A stretch of DNA of 63,330 nucleotides, the filler included, from an uncultured Planctomycetaceae bacterium (GTDB lineage: Bacteria > Planctomycetota > Planctomycetia > Planctomycetales > Planctomycetaceae), in the NCBI GenBank assembly GCA_963976765.1. It is 3 parts of 3 records of this genome, joined end to end, with 100 filler letters (N's around TTAATTAATTAA, not from the genome) between each part and the next. Parts side by side here need not be neighbours in the genome. Positions count along the whole stretch, not along the records: positions 23,060 to 44,919 come from CAXBME010000057.1; positions 45,020 to 63,330 come from CAXBME010000059.1; 1 more part is not named here. One strand, given 5' to 3'. The position numbers were made by a program, and so were the translations under genes. Positions 43,077-54,331 of the stretch are shown one piece after another. The notes beneath the pieces were generated by a model. That model saw nothing but the letters and a program-made list of their open reading frames with translations, did not search any database and was not told the origin of the DNA. The first letter of the stretch is position 1. Each line of letters starts with the position of its first letter.

Positions 43077-44079
43077 TGGGTTAACCTTGTCGCAGGTGTT
43101 TGAAACGCCAAAACTCAGTTGGCTTGTCAACGTTTTCCGTCAGGCTGACAGTTTTGTGTGCCGTTGTGGCGACGAGTGTTTGGTGCACGCTTTGGGTTCT
43201 CAGGCATTGTCCTGTGGCATGTTGAAAGCTCCAGCGACTGTGGTTTGTTGTAGTCGCACGGTCATCCTGCGACTACTGTCGGTAATCCGCTCGTGGCGCG
43301 AAACGCGACAATAGTTTTTGGGGCTGGTATCCGAAGGGCGGCAGCCGTCCAATGTAAAGCTATTGTGTCGTTCTTAAGCGTTACGCACGGTGTTGGGCCG
43401 CACTGTGGCCATTGCCGACGCAATTTGTTGCATCAATGCATCGGCGAGGGTGATGGCAGGCGCAAACGGTTGACCGTGGATGTTTTGCTCAGGCCCACGT
43501 GCGACCATTTTGGGATCGCCATGAACACTTTGCTTCCGAGCTTCTGATTGCGACTAAAATGTTCGGGCCTGTGTTCGCGGTCAACGCGTTCGCGTGCGAA
43601 GACTGTCCGCCGCGTTGAGTCAGTTGTGCTCCAGTAATCCGTCGCAAGGTATCGGCGTCAGATTTTGCTCTGTATGGACAACTGTGCCGCGTTAGTCGGC
43701 GAATCAGAAACGAAAACCGGATAGTCGTACATCCACTCACGCGGATGGGCTTCCTTGAGAAGCCTGGCAAAGCTCCCGATTGTACACTGAAACTGCAAAG
43801 AAGCTGCCGCTGAATTTTCAGTTCTACGAAAAATCGCACCAGGATATCTTTTGGATCCTGAAGTGTCAGAAGCTGTCTACGGTCAATGTCAGTGCCGATA
43901 TGCGACATTGTCGTGTGCCTGTGCGGGGGTGACGTCCAGGCTGTGCAGCTTCGATTTACGTAAAAAAGAGCCGCTTCCGTGGAGCAGGTTCCACGAAAGC
44001 GGCATTGCTTTCAGGTCGCTTATTGGTTCCCTGCGAAAATTCGAGCGACGAACTCCGCTTACGGACAAATCCAGCACGA

Positions 44080-44864
44080 CTAATTAAAGTTGATGACTTC
44101 ACCATCATTTTTCGCGCCAAGATTTCCCCATACGCCATATGGGCTAGCGCCAGATGTCACGTAGCTCGCCGAAGGGTCACCAGCGTCGATATTTGAGGAG
44201 ATGAATCGCACTGAACCATCCAGCATCAAAGCGTTTGCTCCGCCAGTATGCAGGCTCGACGCGCTTACAAGTACTGGTCCGTCGTGAATGTTACCCCCAC
44301 CATCAGTGCAACTTGGGCTGTTCGGTGGAAGAATCGTGTGGAAGCCGACGTATGAAGGACGTCCATCATTCCACCGTGAATCTTCAATCGCTGATCCACC
44401 GACGTAGCTGTCGCCGGCAACCGTGGCAAGGCATCCGGCTGGGTTGTCATGCTGGCCCGTTGTTGAAACCCCGCCAGTGCTAACATTGGCATTGGTAATC
44501 ATGCCGATTCTTTCTGACATCGCCACTGTGTTGGACGTGCCGTCTGTTACATCGCGGAACTCGATTCTATTCTGTGGCTCGCCGCCATTCAGCTGCCATT
44601 TCTGAAAAACACCTCGCGTGCTCTCCATTTGTCCGTCGTTGTTGCGGCGGTTGTCGCCGATGCTGAATACATAGTTCTTCGCCGTTTTTTGACCGTTATT
44701 GAAGTTGGATGGTCGAGGAGCCGACGGACAGCTCATAACGGACATTGTGTGACGCCACTGGTTAGCACCACCCCACGGTGCCTGGGCGGGAACCTGACGA
44801 ATCTCTTCGAAGACTGACTGCAGGTCGACAAACGGCAGCAGGCGGATGAATCCACTATGACGAT
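44080..44864 (-). CDS. DUF1559 (H-X9-DG) protein, 5' part missing
   Basis: SGFIRLLPFVD, CPS, DVTDGTSNT..SE, SSLHTGGANALMLDGSVRFIS; interrupted by a repeat end at 44865. Confidence 0.9.
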
Positions 44865-44919
44865 TGTGGGATGATGTCCCGCTGAGTGTTGAAAGTTGAA
44901 AATCCGGTGGCGGCTCCTT
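44865..44919. mobile_element. terminus of a collapsed multicopy repeat (TGT end, IS481/IS21-like)
   Basis: 55 nt that are the exact reverse complement of 45020-45074; begins TGTGGGATG. Confidence 0.5.
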
Positions 44920-45019
44920 NNNNNNNNNNNNNNNNNNNNNNNNNNNNNNNNNNNNNNNNNNNNTTAATTAATTAANNNNNNNNNNNNNNNNNNNNNNNNN
45001 NNNNNNNNNNNNNNNNNNN
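44920..45019. other. artificial contig linker
   Basis: N-run containing TTAATTAATTAA. Confidence 0.98.
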
Positions 45020-45074
45020 AAGGAGCCGCCACCGGATTTTCAACTTTCAACACTCAGCGGGACATCATCCCACA
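45020..45074. mobile_element. second copy of the same repeat terminus
   Basis: Reverse complement of 44865-44919. Confidence 0.5.
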
Positions 45075-45268
45075 GACAGCCTGAAGTAGCACCAACGTTG
45101 AGTCCCGTTTTCTGCATGCCCCTGTTCATTTCAGCGTCGCTAGCCAAGTGCATTTCATCGTTCTCGTAATTTGCCTGCCTGCCATAAAAAGCAAACACTG
45201 AAGAAATAGACTTTCAGCTGAAATTTGTCAGTCAACATGCAGATTGAACTACTGAGGAAGGACAAAGT

Positions 45269-46642
45269 GTGAGCTGGGCGGGAACAATTCCAATTTACAT
45301 CAACAATTTCAATTTACTGACGTGGCCAAAGTCGCTCGCGGAATTCTTCTCAGACATCCCACAAACAGAAGTCATCTTTGTCGACAACGCATCGACGTAT
45401 CCTCCATTGCTGGACTGGTACGCGAAGGAATCCCCGTACAAGGTGATCCGCCTGGGAACAAATGGAGGGAAACACGCCGCCTGGAAACATTCAGCAATTC
45501 TCCCTCGGCACGTTCACCAAGGCTTGTTTGGGAGCGAATTCTACGTTGTGACGGATCCCGACCTGTGCTTCGCTGACTGTCCAAAAGATGTAATGGACGT
45601 CCTGGTTGAAGGGATGCAGCGATTTCCAACGGCGAACAAGGTGGGAGTCAGCCTCGAAATTGAGGATGTTCCCGACAATTCACTATTCGGTCTGAAGGCA
45701 AAGCGTTGGGAACAAAAATTCTGGGAAAGTCGCTTTGATAGCCAGTTCTACCGAGCAGGGATTGATACGACGTTCGCGTTGTATTCAATCAACACCCCAT
45801 ACAGAAATGCCAGGCGGACTAACAATAATGCACTGAGAAGCGACCGGCCCTATACCGCCAGGCACATGCCATGGTACCTCAAATCCGACTCTCTGACCGA
45901 AGAAGAACTCTTTTATTTTCAGTCCGCTCAGAATGGAATGTGGAGCCGAAAGGCCGGACGGTTGATGACAAAAGATGATTCGGCCATGCCGAAACAAAAT
46001 CGAAGAGAGATGTTCGGACTCTCTCTTGTGGACGTCGATTCTTTCGAAGCAGACTGGCGGATCTCAGATGAGCTACTTTACGCCACGAATGAGTTGCTCT
46101 TAATGCTACAACCTGATTCGATTCTTGAAGCGGGGGCCGGCGTTAGTTCTCTACTCTTCTATTATTACCAGGCATCGCGACCGGAGACCGTCTTTGTTTC
46201 CCACGATGAGTTGGGACATTGGAATGATCGGCTCATGAGTCAGGTTGCGCGACTCGGGTTTTCCGCCTCTAACATTGTTACATCGCAGATTGTGAATGGA
46301 TTTTATGAGCATTCTTCTCCCGATATCGATCGGCATCGCCCGTTCGATCTGATCCTGTTTGACGGGCCTTCTGGTCGCAATCGTGCCAGTGAGAAAAGTC
46401 AGTCATTCGTGATTCAAAACGGAAACTCCGATTCCGTCTACATTATCGATGACACGAACCGTCCAGGCCTGGCTTCCCTTGTGGACTTATTGAAAGTCCA
46501 TTTTGGCCGTGGAGCGTTCCATGTGTTCAATATTACCGACAAGACTCATCCTCATCGCATCTCAACTGTACTTGTACCCCGAGGTAAACTTGGCATCGTC
46601 AGGAGATCCACAATCTGGAACGAGTTGGCAGTGGAAGTATGA
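45269..46642 (+). CDS. GT-A glycosyltransferase fused to a class I methyltransferase
   Basis: N-terminal IFVDNASTYPPL and VVTDPD; C-terminal LEAGAGVSS, FDLILFDGP, IIDD. Confidence 0.7.
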   Translation: MSWAGTIPIYINNFNLLTWPKSLAEFFSDIPQTEVIFVDNASTYPPLLDWYAKESPYKVIRLGTNGGKHAAWKHSAILPRHVHQGLFGSEFYVVTDPDLCFADCPKDVMDVLVEGMQRFPTANKVGVSLEIEDVPDNSLFGLKAKRWEQKFWESRFDSQFYRAGIDTTFALYSINTPYRNARRTNNNALRSDRPYTARHMPWYLKSDSLTEEELFYFQSAQNGMWSRKAGRLMTKDDSAMPKQNRREMFGLSLVDVDSFEADWRISDELLYATNELLLMLQPDSILEAGAGVSSLLFYYYQASRPETVFVSHDELGHWNDRLMSQVARLGFSASNIVTSQIVNGFYEHSSPDIDRHRPFDLILFDGPSGRNRASEKSQSFVIQNGNSDSVYIIDDTNRPGLASLVDLLKVHFGRGAFHVFNITDKTHPHRISTVLVPRGKLGIVRRSTIWNELAVEV

Positions 46643-47014
46643 CTTAGTTTAGAGCAACTGCGTGGCTCACTTTGTTGTGATTCACGGATTCAAAAGCACC
46701 AAAACGCATGGACATGGCCGACGACAGGAATCCGAGGATCGAAAATTCGACTTCGATCAAATTGATCACAAGGGTTCTGAATGCATCTGGCAACTCTGTA
46801 GTCACTTTTCAACGCTCCGGTCGACACCCACCGGGTGGAGTTTCAAGTCAGATTTTTGACGCTCCTATCGCGCAAACCGAGCAGTTTCAGGATGAAACCA
46901 CCGCAAAGTTCTTAACTATTCGGGTGTCAGGTTTTGCTAAGAGACCGACAAACCACTGAATTGGAGTGCGCCAAATCCCGAAAGACTCCCGCTTTGAAAT
47001 CAGTTCTATGTCAG

Positions 47015-47874
47015 CCTCTACCTCGCAACGCTCGCCGGATGACCGCTAAAATATGCGAAACTGGAACTTAAGCGAAACGCCTCACAGCAGCTCAGAAGAA
47101 GGCCGCGTCGAACAGGACAAAGCGGGCCGCCGCGAAGAAGCGTCAGGCCAGAGCGAACGCGAAGAAGAATCGACAGGGAAGCGAATCACCTCACAAAACA
47201 CGGCCTGAACTGATGGCCGAGATGATCACACTGGTCGCTTCGTGGTTTCCGGATCGCCGGTTTGTTCTGGTCGTCGACAGTCTGTACAGCGGCAAAAGCG
47301 TGTTGTCGAAACTCGGTTCTGTTTTCCACCAGTACCACGGACGAACGGGAATCTGAAAGTCCTTGTGCCCGTCGCTGGCGTACCACACGACGGTCAGGCT
47401 GTGCAGGAACATCGCCATTGGCGCGGTCCGCTTGACCGCCTTCTCTTTGCGGTTGGCGGCATCCTCAAGGCCCAGATGCTGTTTGCAGTCGAAGTGAGTC
47501 ACTTCAATCGACCACCGCAACGAAAACAGTGACAGGATCTCACGAGCCTTCAAGTCAACATTGGTGCTGTAGAAGATTCGCGTGGGACGATCGCCAACCG
47601 TGTCCCGCGAAATCACAAACCGCAGCAGCCGATCGTTGCCGGCTTTGTAATACAAACCGGTGGTCGTTTTCGTCTGCAGCGAGCCATGCAAACCGTACTG
47701 GTCGAAGTGATGCGTGGACCACTTTGACGAATCTTTCTCCCACGAATTCACGTCCGGCAAACGTTCGCCCTTTTTACGGCGCGGTCCGCGGCGACGTTCG
47801 GTCTCTTTCGGAGCCGGATGATACAGTGCCGCCTTCGAGTGAACCGGGCCAATCAGATCGAAGTTGTCCGGCAA
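47015..47874. mobile_element. scrambled IS701-family fragments
   Basis: Plus-strand tail YLATLAG* and IR AAAATATGCGAAACTGGAACT; plus-strand middle part TRPELMAEM...VVDSLYSGKSVL (47070-47313); minus-strand C-part RWSIEVTHFDCKQHLG (47310-47874). Confidence 0.8.
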
Positions 47875-49098
47875 GACTGCTCCTTCGATTATTCACGCGT
47901 CGTCACGCGAGTGGAAGACGGGCGGGCGGTGCGGGTCGCGTATCACCTCTACCGGGGGCCGGGTGGCGAGAAAGCGGTCATCCCCGGTTCGCTGGGGCGC
48001 TGCGAGTTCGGCCTCGAGATCGCCGTCTCACTCGCCTTTCTGGTGTTCGTCATGCGGCTGTCGCTGGACAAGGCGCGAGGACTGCTGGCGTTCTTTCAGA
48101 AACTGACGCTGTCGAAGTCGCAGGTCGATGCTCTCCTGAACCGTCTGTCGAAAGCATGGGAACCGGAATTCGATCGCCTGTGTACTCTGCTGGCCAACTC
48201 GGCCGTGGTCCACGCCGACGAGACCGGCTGGAGTCTGAACTCGGTGTGGGCGCTGCTCTCCGAACACTCGCGGCTGTTCCTGTTCGGAGTCCCCAAAGAC
48301 GCCGCGACTCTGGCGACGTTATTACCAAAGGACCTGTTCAGCGGCGTGCTGGTCAGCGACGACGCGGCCGTCTACCGCGACTTCAATACCGCTCAGAAGT
48401 GCTGGGCACATTTACTGCGCAAAGCCATCCGCCTGACACTGCTGCAGCCGGACAGTGACGTGTACCGGTTGTTCTGCGACGGCCTGTTCGAACTGTACCG
48501 CAAGGCCTGCCGCCTGAAGGCCGACCGCCGCCTGTCCGACACCACACGTGCCGCACGAGCACTGTTATTAGAAGACGACCTGTGGGCTCTGTGCGAAAGC
48601 CGCTACCGCGATGAGACGGAACCCGCGACAGACCTCGAACGCGACTTCCGCAATCTCGTGCACGAACTGCTGCGGCTGATGGAAGCCGACGAGCTTTTCA
48701 CGTTCGTGACGCACGCCGACGTCCCCGGCACGAACAACGAGGCGGAACGTGCTCTGCGCGACACGGCCGCCGATCGCAAGACGGCCCGCACGAACAAAAC
48801 TCTGCGTGGCGCCCGCCGCCGCAGCGTGCTCACCAGCGTTCTGGAATCGCTCCGCGTCCGGCTGGATGACTTCTCACTGGCAAACGTCCTGAACGAAGTG
48901 GAACGCTGGCGACAGACCGGCCAGAGCTGCTTCCAGCAGACGCTGACGACGTTGAATCTCCCGCCGCCAGACGCGTCCCCGCTCAACACCCTGCTCCCCG
49001 CCGCCTGACGCTCCCGACCGGCGCCCCGGCTCCCGTTGCGTCCCCTTCGCCGCAGCGACGCACCACTGCGCGCCGACCGACGCGAAATGGACAGCTAC
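47875..49098 (+). mobile_element. IS66-family element, 5'-truncated transposase (stop at 49008)
   Basis: VHADETGW, LVSDD, QKCWAHLLR, TNNEAERALR; right end reads GTAGCTGTCCA on the minus strand at 49098. Confidence 0.88.
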
Positions 49099-49672
49099 CA
49101 GCGAAAACACTTTCGACGGTGCCCACCACGGATGAGCGATCACGATGCACAGATCGACCCAGTCATGTCCCCACTGGCAGACTTTTTTCGATCTGGAAGA
49201 ACTCAGTGCATCGTGATGCATCCCTGTCCCGAAGATTCCCAGGCCGCGTTTGCGACACAGAGTGTCATCTCCAGCCAGCACGATGACGGCGTCTTTGCCA
49301 ACAAGACGATCGACAATCAGCTTCGCGAGCAGTCGCCAGAGATCGTCGATCTGCCACGCCGCCTGTGAGAAGAAACGGTGATAATCCGAAAAGTGTCCGT
49401 GGCCGACGGAGTCACTCGAAACAATCAGATCCGTGACATATCGGTGTCGTGTCGAAAGAATCCAGCCAGTCATCAGCAATCGAAAGGTGACGAAACTCGG
49501 GGTTGTGAAGGCCGGAGCGAACGACTGTAGCAGGGCTTCGAAAGAGTTGGTAAGTTCCATAACTGGCGGCTTCCGTGCCTGGGAAATTGAAAGTTCGAAC
49601 GTTCAATCTCCACTGTCACGGGCCGCCTTTTTCGTGCCAACGTCAACTCTGAAAATGTGCGAAACTAGAACT
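49099..49672 (-). mobile_element. IS701-family left end and transposase N-terminus (ATG 49560), interrupted by IS66
   Basis: YHRFFS, AGDDTLCRKRG, WGHDWV; IR AAAATGTGCGAAACTAGAACT at about 49652-49672. Confidence 0.82.
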
Positions 49673-49850
49673 AAGCTAAGAAACGATTTTTGAATTGAAG
49701 AGTGATTTAGCAACTCAGTTGTTCAACAGATTGCAGTTGCAAACTCTCCGCACGGATAGAACCTGCAAAGCCAAAGAATTCGCCATAGGATCGTGCGCAG
49801 AACGACTTCCTGATTTCTCACGGTAGGCTGCTTGCGAATCAAAAACGCGA

Positions 49851-49898
49851 TCAAGGTATTGAGCGCGCCCTCGGACCACGGCGCGCTCAATACCTTGA
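49851..49898. repeat. perfect 19-bp inverted repeat
   Basis: TCAAGGTATTGAGCGCGCC - 10 nt - GGCGCGCTCAATACCTTGA. Confidence 0.9.
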
Positions 49899-50378
49899 AT
49901 ACGTGTTTGCGGGCAACGATTCCTGTAAGCCTTTACTCAGTGCAACATTGGACAACCACCGGCGGACATCGGCGCTCACTTGCAGAGACATTCGGCTGAT
50001 AATGAGCACGTTTTCGGCAATATCCGCCGACATTGGCATCCGAGATTACCGGGAGATCAACCACCTTCTGCCACGTCCGGCTACGCAACAATTCCGTCGC
50101 TCTCGAGTCAAATCGGTGTCGTTGATGCGCCCTAAGAATTGTTGAGGAAGATGGCAAGAGCAATTTTCATCAGCTTGCACAGGATCAGCGACTTGATTAT
50201 CCAAACCCGATAGTCGGATGCCCTTGTAAGGGTTGCCAGCTAAAGAAAAGCCAAAATCGTGGCATAATTGGGTGATGCGGAATGACTACCATTTAGAGCT
50301 TCGATTTGGAGACGTTTCTTGCGATTCGTTGGCGTACTATTTTGGAAAATTTGGAAATGAGGGCATCGCCCTTTACTG

Positions 50379-50969
50379 TTGCACGCTGCATTGAAGCTTC
50401 CAACACTGATGGCTCGTTTTCACGAATCGCCGTCCAAGGATGGAGTCGAGGCTATGATGATTGCAGTGGGAGAATCTGATCCCGTCAAAGTTTCCAAACA
50501 GTTGGTTGATGCCGCTGTCTGGCGTGCCGAGTATCTCGCCCACCTGACCGGAACCGCGTTGCAAAAAATGGGTATAGTCGCCGACGCTCAGCCGATTCGA
50601 CTCCCAGCGAACCTGCTTCTCGAATTTGGTGCTGTGTTGCAACTTTTGATGTGGGAACTAGATGGCTTCACTGCTCATCTCGATGCAGGGCTTCCTTCTT
50701 ACACAGACGCCTTCGTCGAACTTGCCAGAAAGACCGAGCAGAATGACTGGGACAGCAAGACAATCGCAACCGATGGTTTGTCGTCTGAAGTTTTCAAACT
50801 CTCGTTAAAAGAATTCTCCTGGGATGCGCCTTCTTTGCTTGGCATCGAAGTGCAACTCAAGACGGATAACGAAGATAAATTCGTCGAACAGCTTGCCGAG
50901 TTTCTTTGGCGAAATCGCAACTCCACCAAATCAGAACGACTGAAAGAAGGGAATGCAAATGGCTCGTAA
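50379..50969 (+). CDS. hypothetical protein coupled to the recombinase
   Basis: 196-aa ORF overlapping the recombinase start. Confidence 0.55.
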   Translation: MHAALKLPTLMARFHESPSKDGVEAMMIAVGESDPVKVSKQLVDAAVWRAEYLAHLTGTALQKMGIVADAQPIRLPANLLLEFGAVLQLLMWELDGFTAHLDAGLPSYTDAFVELARKTEQNDWDSKTIATDGLSSEVFKLSLKEFSWDAPSLLGIEVQLKTDNEDKFVEQLAEFLWRNRNSTKSERLKEGNANGS

Positions 50970-52989
50970 ACAGCTTGGAAGCGGACTCTTCTACACACGC
51001 GATAGCGGTGGGAAACATGAAACGACACCTGGCGAGTATGTTAAATGGGCTCGTCGTCGTGCCACGGAACTGAACGTGACATTCAATCCGACGGTTTCGG
51101 ATATCGAATCGATGATTCAGAACGAAGAGGCAATCCGCGGAGACCTGTATCTCGACTATGAAGTCGCCGGAGACGAACTCTCACGAGTCGGATTGGACGC
51201 TCTGCTTGCACGGGCCGTCCGCGATGAGAAGGTCTCACATGTATTTATTCCGAGACGAGATCGACTGGCTCGTCCTACTGACGCCATTGATGCAGTCAAG
51301 ATGGAGAACGTTCTTCGACAGAATGGATTGACAATCGTGTTCATGGAAAGGTCGCTGTCACCGATTCGGACCGGTCGCCGACCAGACACGGCAGAGCAAA
51401 TCACTGCCCTCCTTGACTACGACGCTGCCGGTAAGCACGGTCGGGATCTGTCAGACAAAATGGTTCACTGCCAGATCGCACTTGCTACTGGAGGGTTCTC
51501 TACGGGTGGGCGGCCGCCATTTGCATTCGACCGGTGGCTGGTTCGGCGAGACGGCGAGCGTGTTCGCCAACTCCAGGACGGTGAGATCATGCGAATGGCT
51601 GGTCACCATGTTGTCTGGTTACCAGCGGAAGATGAACGTTTGAGTCTGGCTTTGAGAATTCGCGACCTGCTGCTGACAACACCAGCAACACAGATTGCGA
51701 GAATCCTGAACGCCGAAGAAATACCTTCTCCAGACGCCGGAAGATTTCGAAAGGACAACGGTGTGCGTCATGAGGTGAGTGGTCTTTGGCATGCACCAAC
51801 GATTGTCAACATCGGACGCAATCCGCTGCTCGCCGCCATTGTGCGATACGGACTGCGTTCAATGGGAAAGTTCAATCGATTCACTGCGGATGGGCCACGA
51901 GAATTAACCGATGCCGACATTCGCGCTGACGGTAAACCGAGAGTTATCAGGAACCGCGACGACGAACACATATTCTCGCAAGCACTCTTCGAGCCTGTCG
52001 TTTCGCTGGAAGATCACGAGTCTCTAATCCGAGTTCTCGACAAGCGTGCTGGGACTCAGCGCGGAAAGCCACGTTCGCGCGACCCTGAACGAAATCCGCT
52101 TGGTGCAAGAGTTTTCGATATGAACTGCACGTGGCCGATGTATCGCGTTAAGCAGGGAAAGTCGTTTCGATACAAATGCGGCTTGTACCAGCAGAGTCAC
52201 GGCCAAAAGTGCAATCACAATCATGTGGACGGTCCAACTGCAACGCAGTTCGTGTTGAGCAGCATCCAGCAGCAACTCCTTTCACCGGCTCTACTGCCAA
52301 AGTTGAAGACAAAGCTTCATGAGCTGGCCGAACGCGACAAAGACAATGATGCTGGATCAAGTGTAGTTAAAGAAATTCAGCGGATTCGGAGTGAGATCTC
52401 TCAGATCGCGATCAAAATCGAGCGAGCGGAAAACAATCTTGCCCTGGCGGATGATGAAGACGAGTACCGAGCGGTTTCTGACGTGTTCAAGAAACTGCGC
52501 TTACAGAAGAATTCGCTGGAGCAATCTCTCGCGATTGCTGAAGCCGAATCTAACCGAAGCGTAGATTCTGATTCGGACATTGACGAAGTGATCGACGCCG
52601 CTGAATATCTCACCGAACTCGCTGCTTCTGATGACGGATTAGCGTCAGCAACGGAACTATTCGAGGCCACAAACACCCGCGTGTTTCTGGCGTTCCAGAA
52701 AGTTCGTCAAGGCAAGCGTGAGCTAAATCGCTTGAAACGAGGCATTGTGGTCTTCGGAAACGCAGAAGACCCGATCGAAAAATACTCTGGACCAACGACT
52801 CCAGCCAAGGTGAAACGAAAGTCACCTGTTGGCCTGAAAAACAAAAAGCCCCCCAAAACAACTAACTCCGGTGAAGAAGCCAAGTCGTTAAGAAATGCAA
52901 ATCGAGAGTTCAGAAGACCAATTGAACTTTTTGTCGCTGCCGTCGCCGAGTTGGAGGCTCATGTCACCCACCTTGTTCTTGCGGCGTAG
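50959..52989 (+). CDS. large serine recombinase (integrase)
   Basis: YTRDS catalytic motif, RDRLAR, GGRPPF, recombinase domain, YKC..C zinc ribbon, coiled coil. Confidence 0.9.
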   Translation: MARKQLGSGLFYTRDSGGKHETTPGEYVKWARRRATELNVTFNPTVSDIESMIQNEEAIRGDLYLDYEVAGDELSRVGLDALLARAVRDEKVSHVFIPRRDRLARPTDAIDAVKMENVLRQNGLTIVFMERSLSPIRTGRRPDTAEQITALLDYDAAGKHGRDLSDKMVHCQIALATGGFSTGGRPPFAFDRWLVRRDGERVRQLQDGEIMRMAGHHVVWLPAEDERLSLALRIRDLLLTTPATQIARILNAEEIPSPDAGRFRKDNGVRHEVSGLWHAPTIVNIGRNPLLAAIVRYGLRSMGKFNRFTADGPRELTDADIRADGKPRVIRNRDDEHIFSQALFEPVVSLEDHESLIRVLDKRAGTQRGKPRSRDPERNPLGARVFDMNCTWPMYRVKQGKSFRYKCGLYQQSHGQKCNHNHVDGPTATQFVLSSIQQQLLSPALLPKLKTKLHELAERDKDNDAGSSVVKEIQRIRSEISQIAIKIERAENNLALADDEDEYRAVSDVFKKLRLQKNSLEQSLAIAEAESNRSVDSDSDIDEVIDAAEYLTELAASDDGLASATELFEATNTRVFLAFQKVRQGKRELNRLKRGIVVFGNAEDPIEKYSGPTTPAKVKRKSPVGLKNKKPPKTTNSGEEAKSLRNANREFRRPIELFVAAVAELEAHVTHLVLAA

Positions 52990-53300
52990 TCGGCTCGCAA
53001 TTCACTTCTCCTCGATCCAGATGTCAACGGCTGGAGTCGCCACGGCATTGTAACGTCGTGTGGCGATTCGTCATGACTCTGGATTGCGTGAGTCAGATAT
53101 TGAGAGACCGTGCGCCCTCGAACGATGACTCCATACTTTGGATCGCAGCCCTCTACTGCTTCCGAGTCATCTTCAAGTGATCTGCCAAAACTTTGAGGGA
53201 CAAGTAAATTTTCGAAAATAGTTGTCGTACAATGATTCTGTGAGAGGAAACGGGCGGACAAACACCAGCCGCCCCGCTTTCACGACCATTTACTGAACAC

Positions 53301-53376
53301 AGACGGAGACCACCTCATCGACGTGACTTAGGCGACGATTCGCCTCAGTCCGTCGTGCGTGTATCCGTCTTTTTTT
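53301..53376 (+). terminator. long bulged hairpin with a U-tract (terminator or attenuator)
   Basis: Nested pairings AGACGGA/TCCGTCT, CGACG/CGTCG, GACT/AGTC, AGGCGA/TCGCCT, then a T-run. Confidence 0.6.
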
Positions 53377-53398
53377 GTGCGCCGAATTGGAGGTTCTT

Positions 53399-53815
53399 AT
53401 GCAATCGAAACTTGAACAACTGAAGAAAATGGCTCGTCGAATCACGAAGGAAGAACAAAAGCTGTCTGCTCTTCGGATGTACGAACGAAACGGGCTCGAC
53501 CTCGATGATGTCACAAAGATGGCAGATGCCGTTGGCCTTGAGGTGGACGAATTGTTGCTAATGCACCCAGCCACGGCAGGAATTCCGAAGCCCTGTCGAG
53601 TCAAAGGACTTCCGGGAAGAAAGGCGACGACAGCCGAGCGTGGATTCTTTGCGGCAGAGCGAAAGGAGCGTGGCCTCACGTGGCAACAAATCTTTGTCGA
53701 GTGGAGGGCGCTTTTTCCCAAGGACGAGCGTGTCACGCACAAAAACAAAATTCGTGAAGCCTATCGGCGGTACTACGGCGACAAGGCTGAAAAGAAAAAG
53801 GCGAATTCTAATTAA
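53399..53815 (+). CDS. basic hypothetical protein, possibly DNA-binding
   Basis: GGAGG RBS; K/R-rich; ERGLTWQQI helix-turn-helix-like segment. Confidence 0.6.
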   Translation: MQSKLEQLKKMARRITKEEQKLSALRMYERNGLDLDDVTKMADAVGLEVDELLLMHPATAGIPKPCRVKGLPGRKATTAERGFFAAERKERGLTWQQIFVEWRALFPKDERVTHKNKIREAYRRYYGDKAEKKKANSN

Positions 53816-53926
53816 ACCCATTTTGAACCCACCCGGCGTCACTGCATACAAAGAACCTGTCGTTGGCCAATGCACGTTGCAACGGTTGACCTGAAGTAAC
53901 CCATTTCCAGTTAAGAGGAGAGTCAA

Positions 53927-54331
53927 ATGTCTTCAAAAACACCAACTAAAGAATCAACGTCACCCAATTCAACATTTCTGTACTGCGAGTCCGTCACCAG
54001 CGACCTTGACTACATAATCCTCGAAGTAATTGAGCAAACTGCGTTGATGGACGATTCGAACTACTGGGGCGACTCTCCGCCTCCTGTTCAGTTTCGTTTA
54101 CTTGGCCATGAGGTAAACGGCGACCTTTCTTTCTATTCCGTGCTGTATGAGTTCGACGCACCGGACCAGCAGCCGGAACTGCACATCCTGAATTCCAACA
54201 ACGAGACCGAATGTAGATTCGAATTAGGGCGTGTCGTCACTTTTGGCCTGCTGCCGCTCATAACACAGTCGGAATTTAGGCATGTCCCTCCAGTCGAGTT
54301 GTCGATGAGACGTGCCCAAGGTCGAGCCTAG
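53927..54331 (+). CDS. hypothetical protein
   Basis: GAGGAG RBS, 134 aa. Confidence 0.55.
   Translation: MSSKTPTKESTSPNSTFLYCESVTSDLDYIILEVIEQTALMDDSNYWGDSPPPVQFRLLGHEVNGDLSFYSVLYEFDAPDQQPELHILNSNNETECRFELGRVVTFGLLPLITQSEFRHVPPVELSMRRAQGRA

Noticed and set aside
43077..44079. 1-kb region with several short ORFs
   Set aside because: No RBS, motif or repeat support for any of them.
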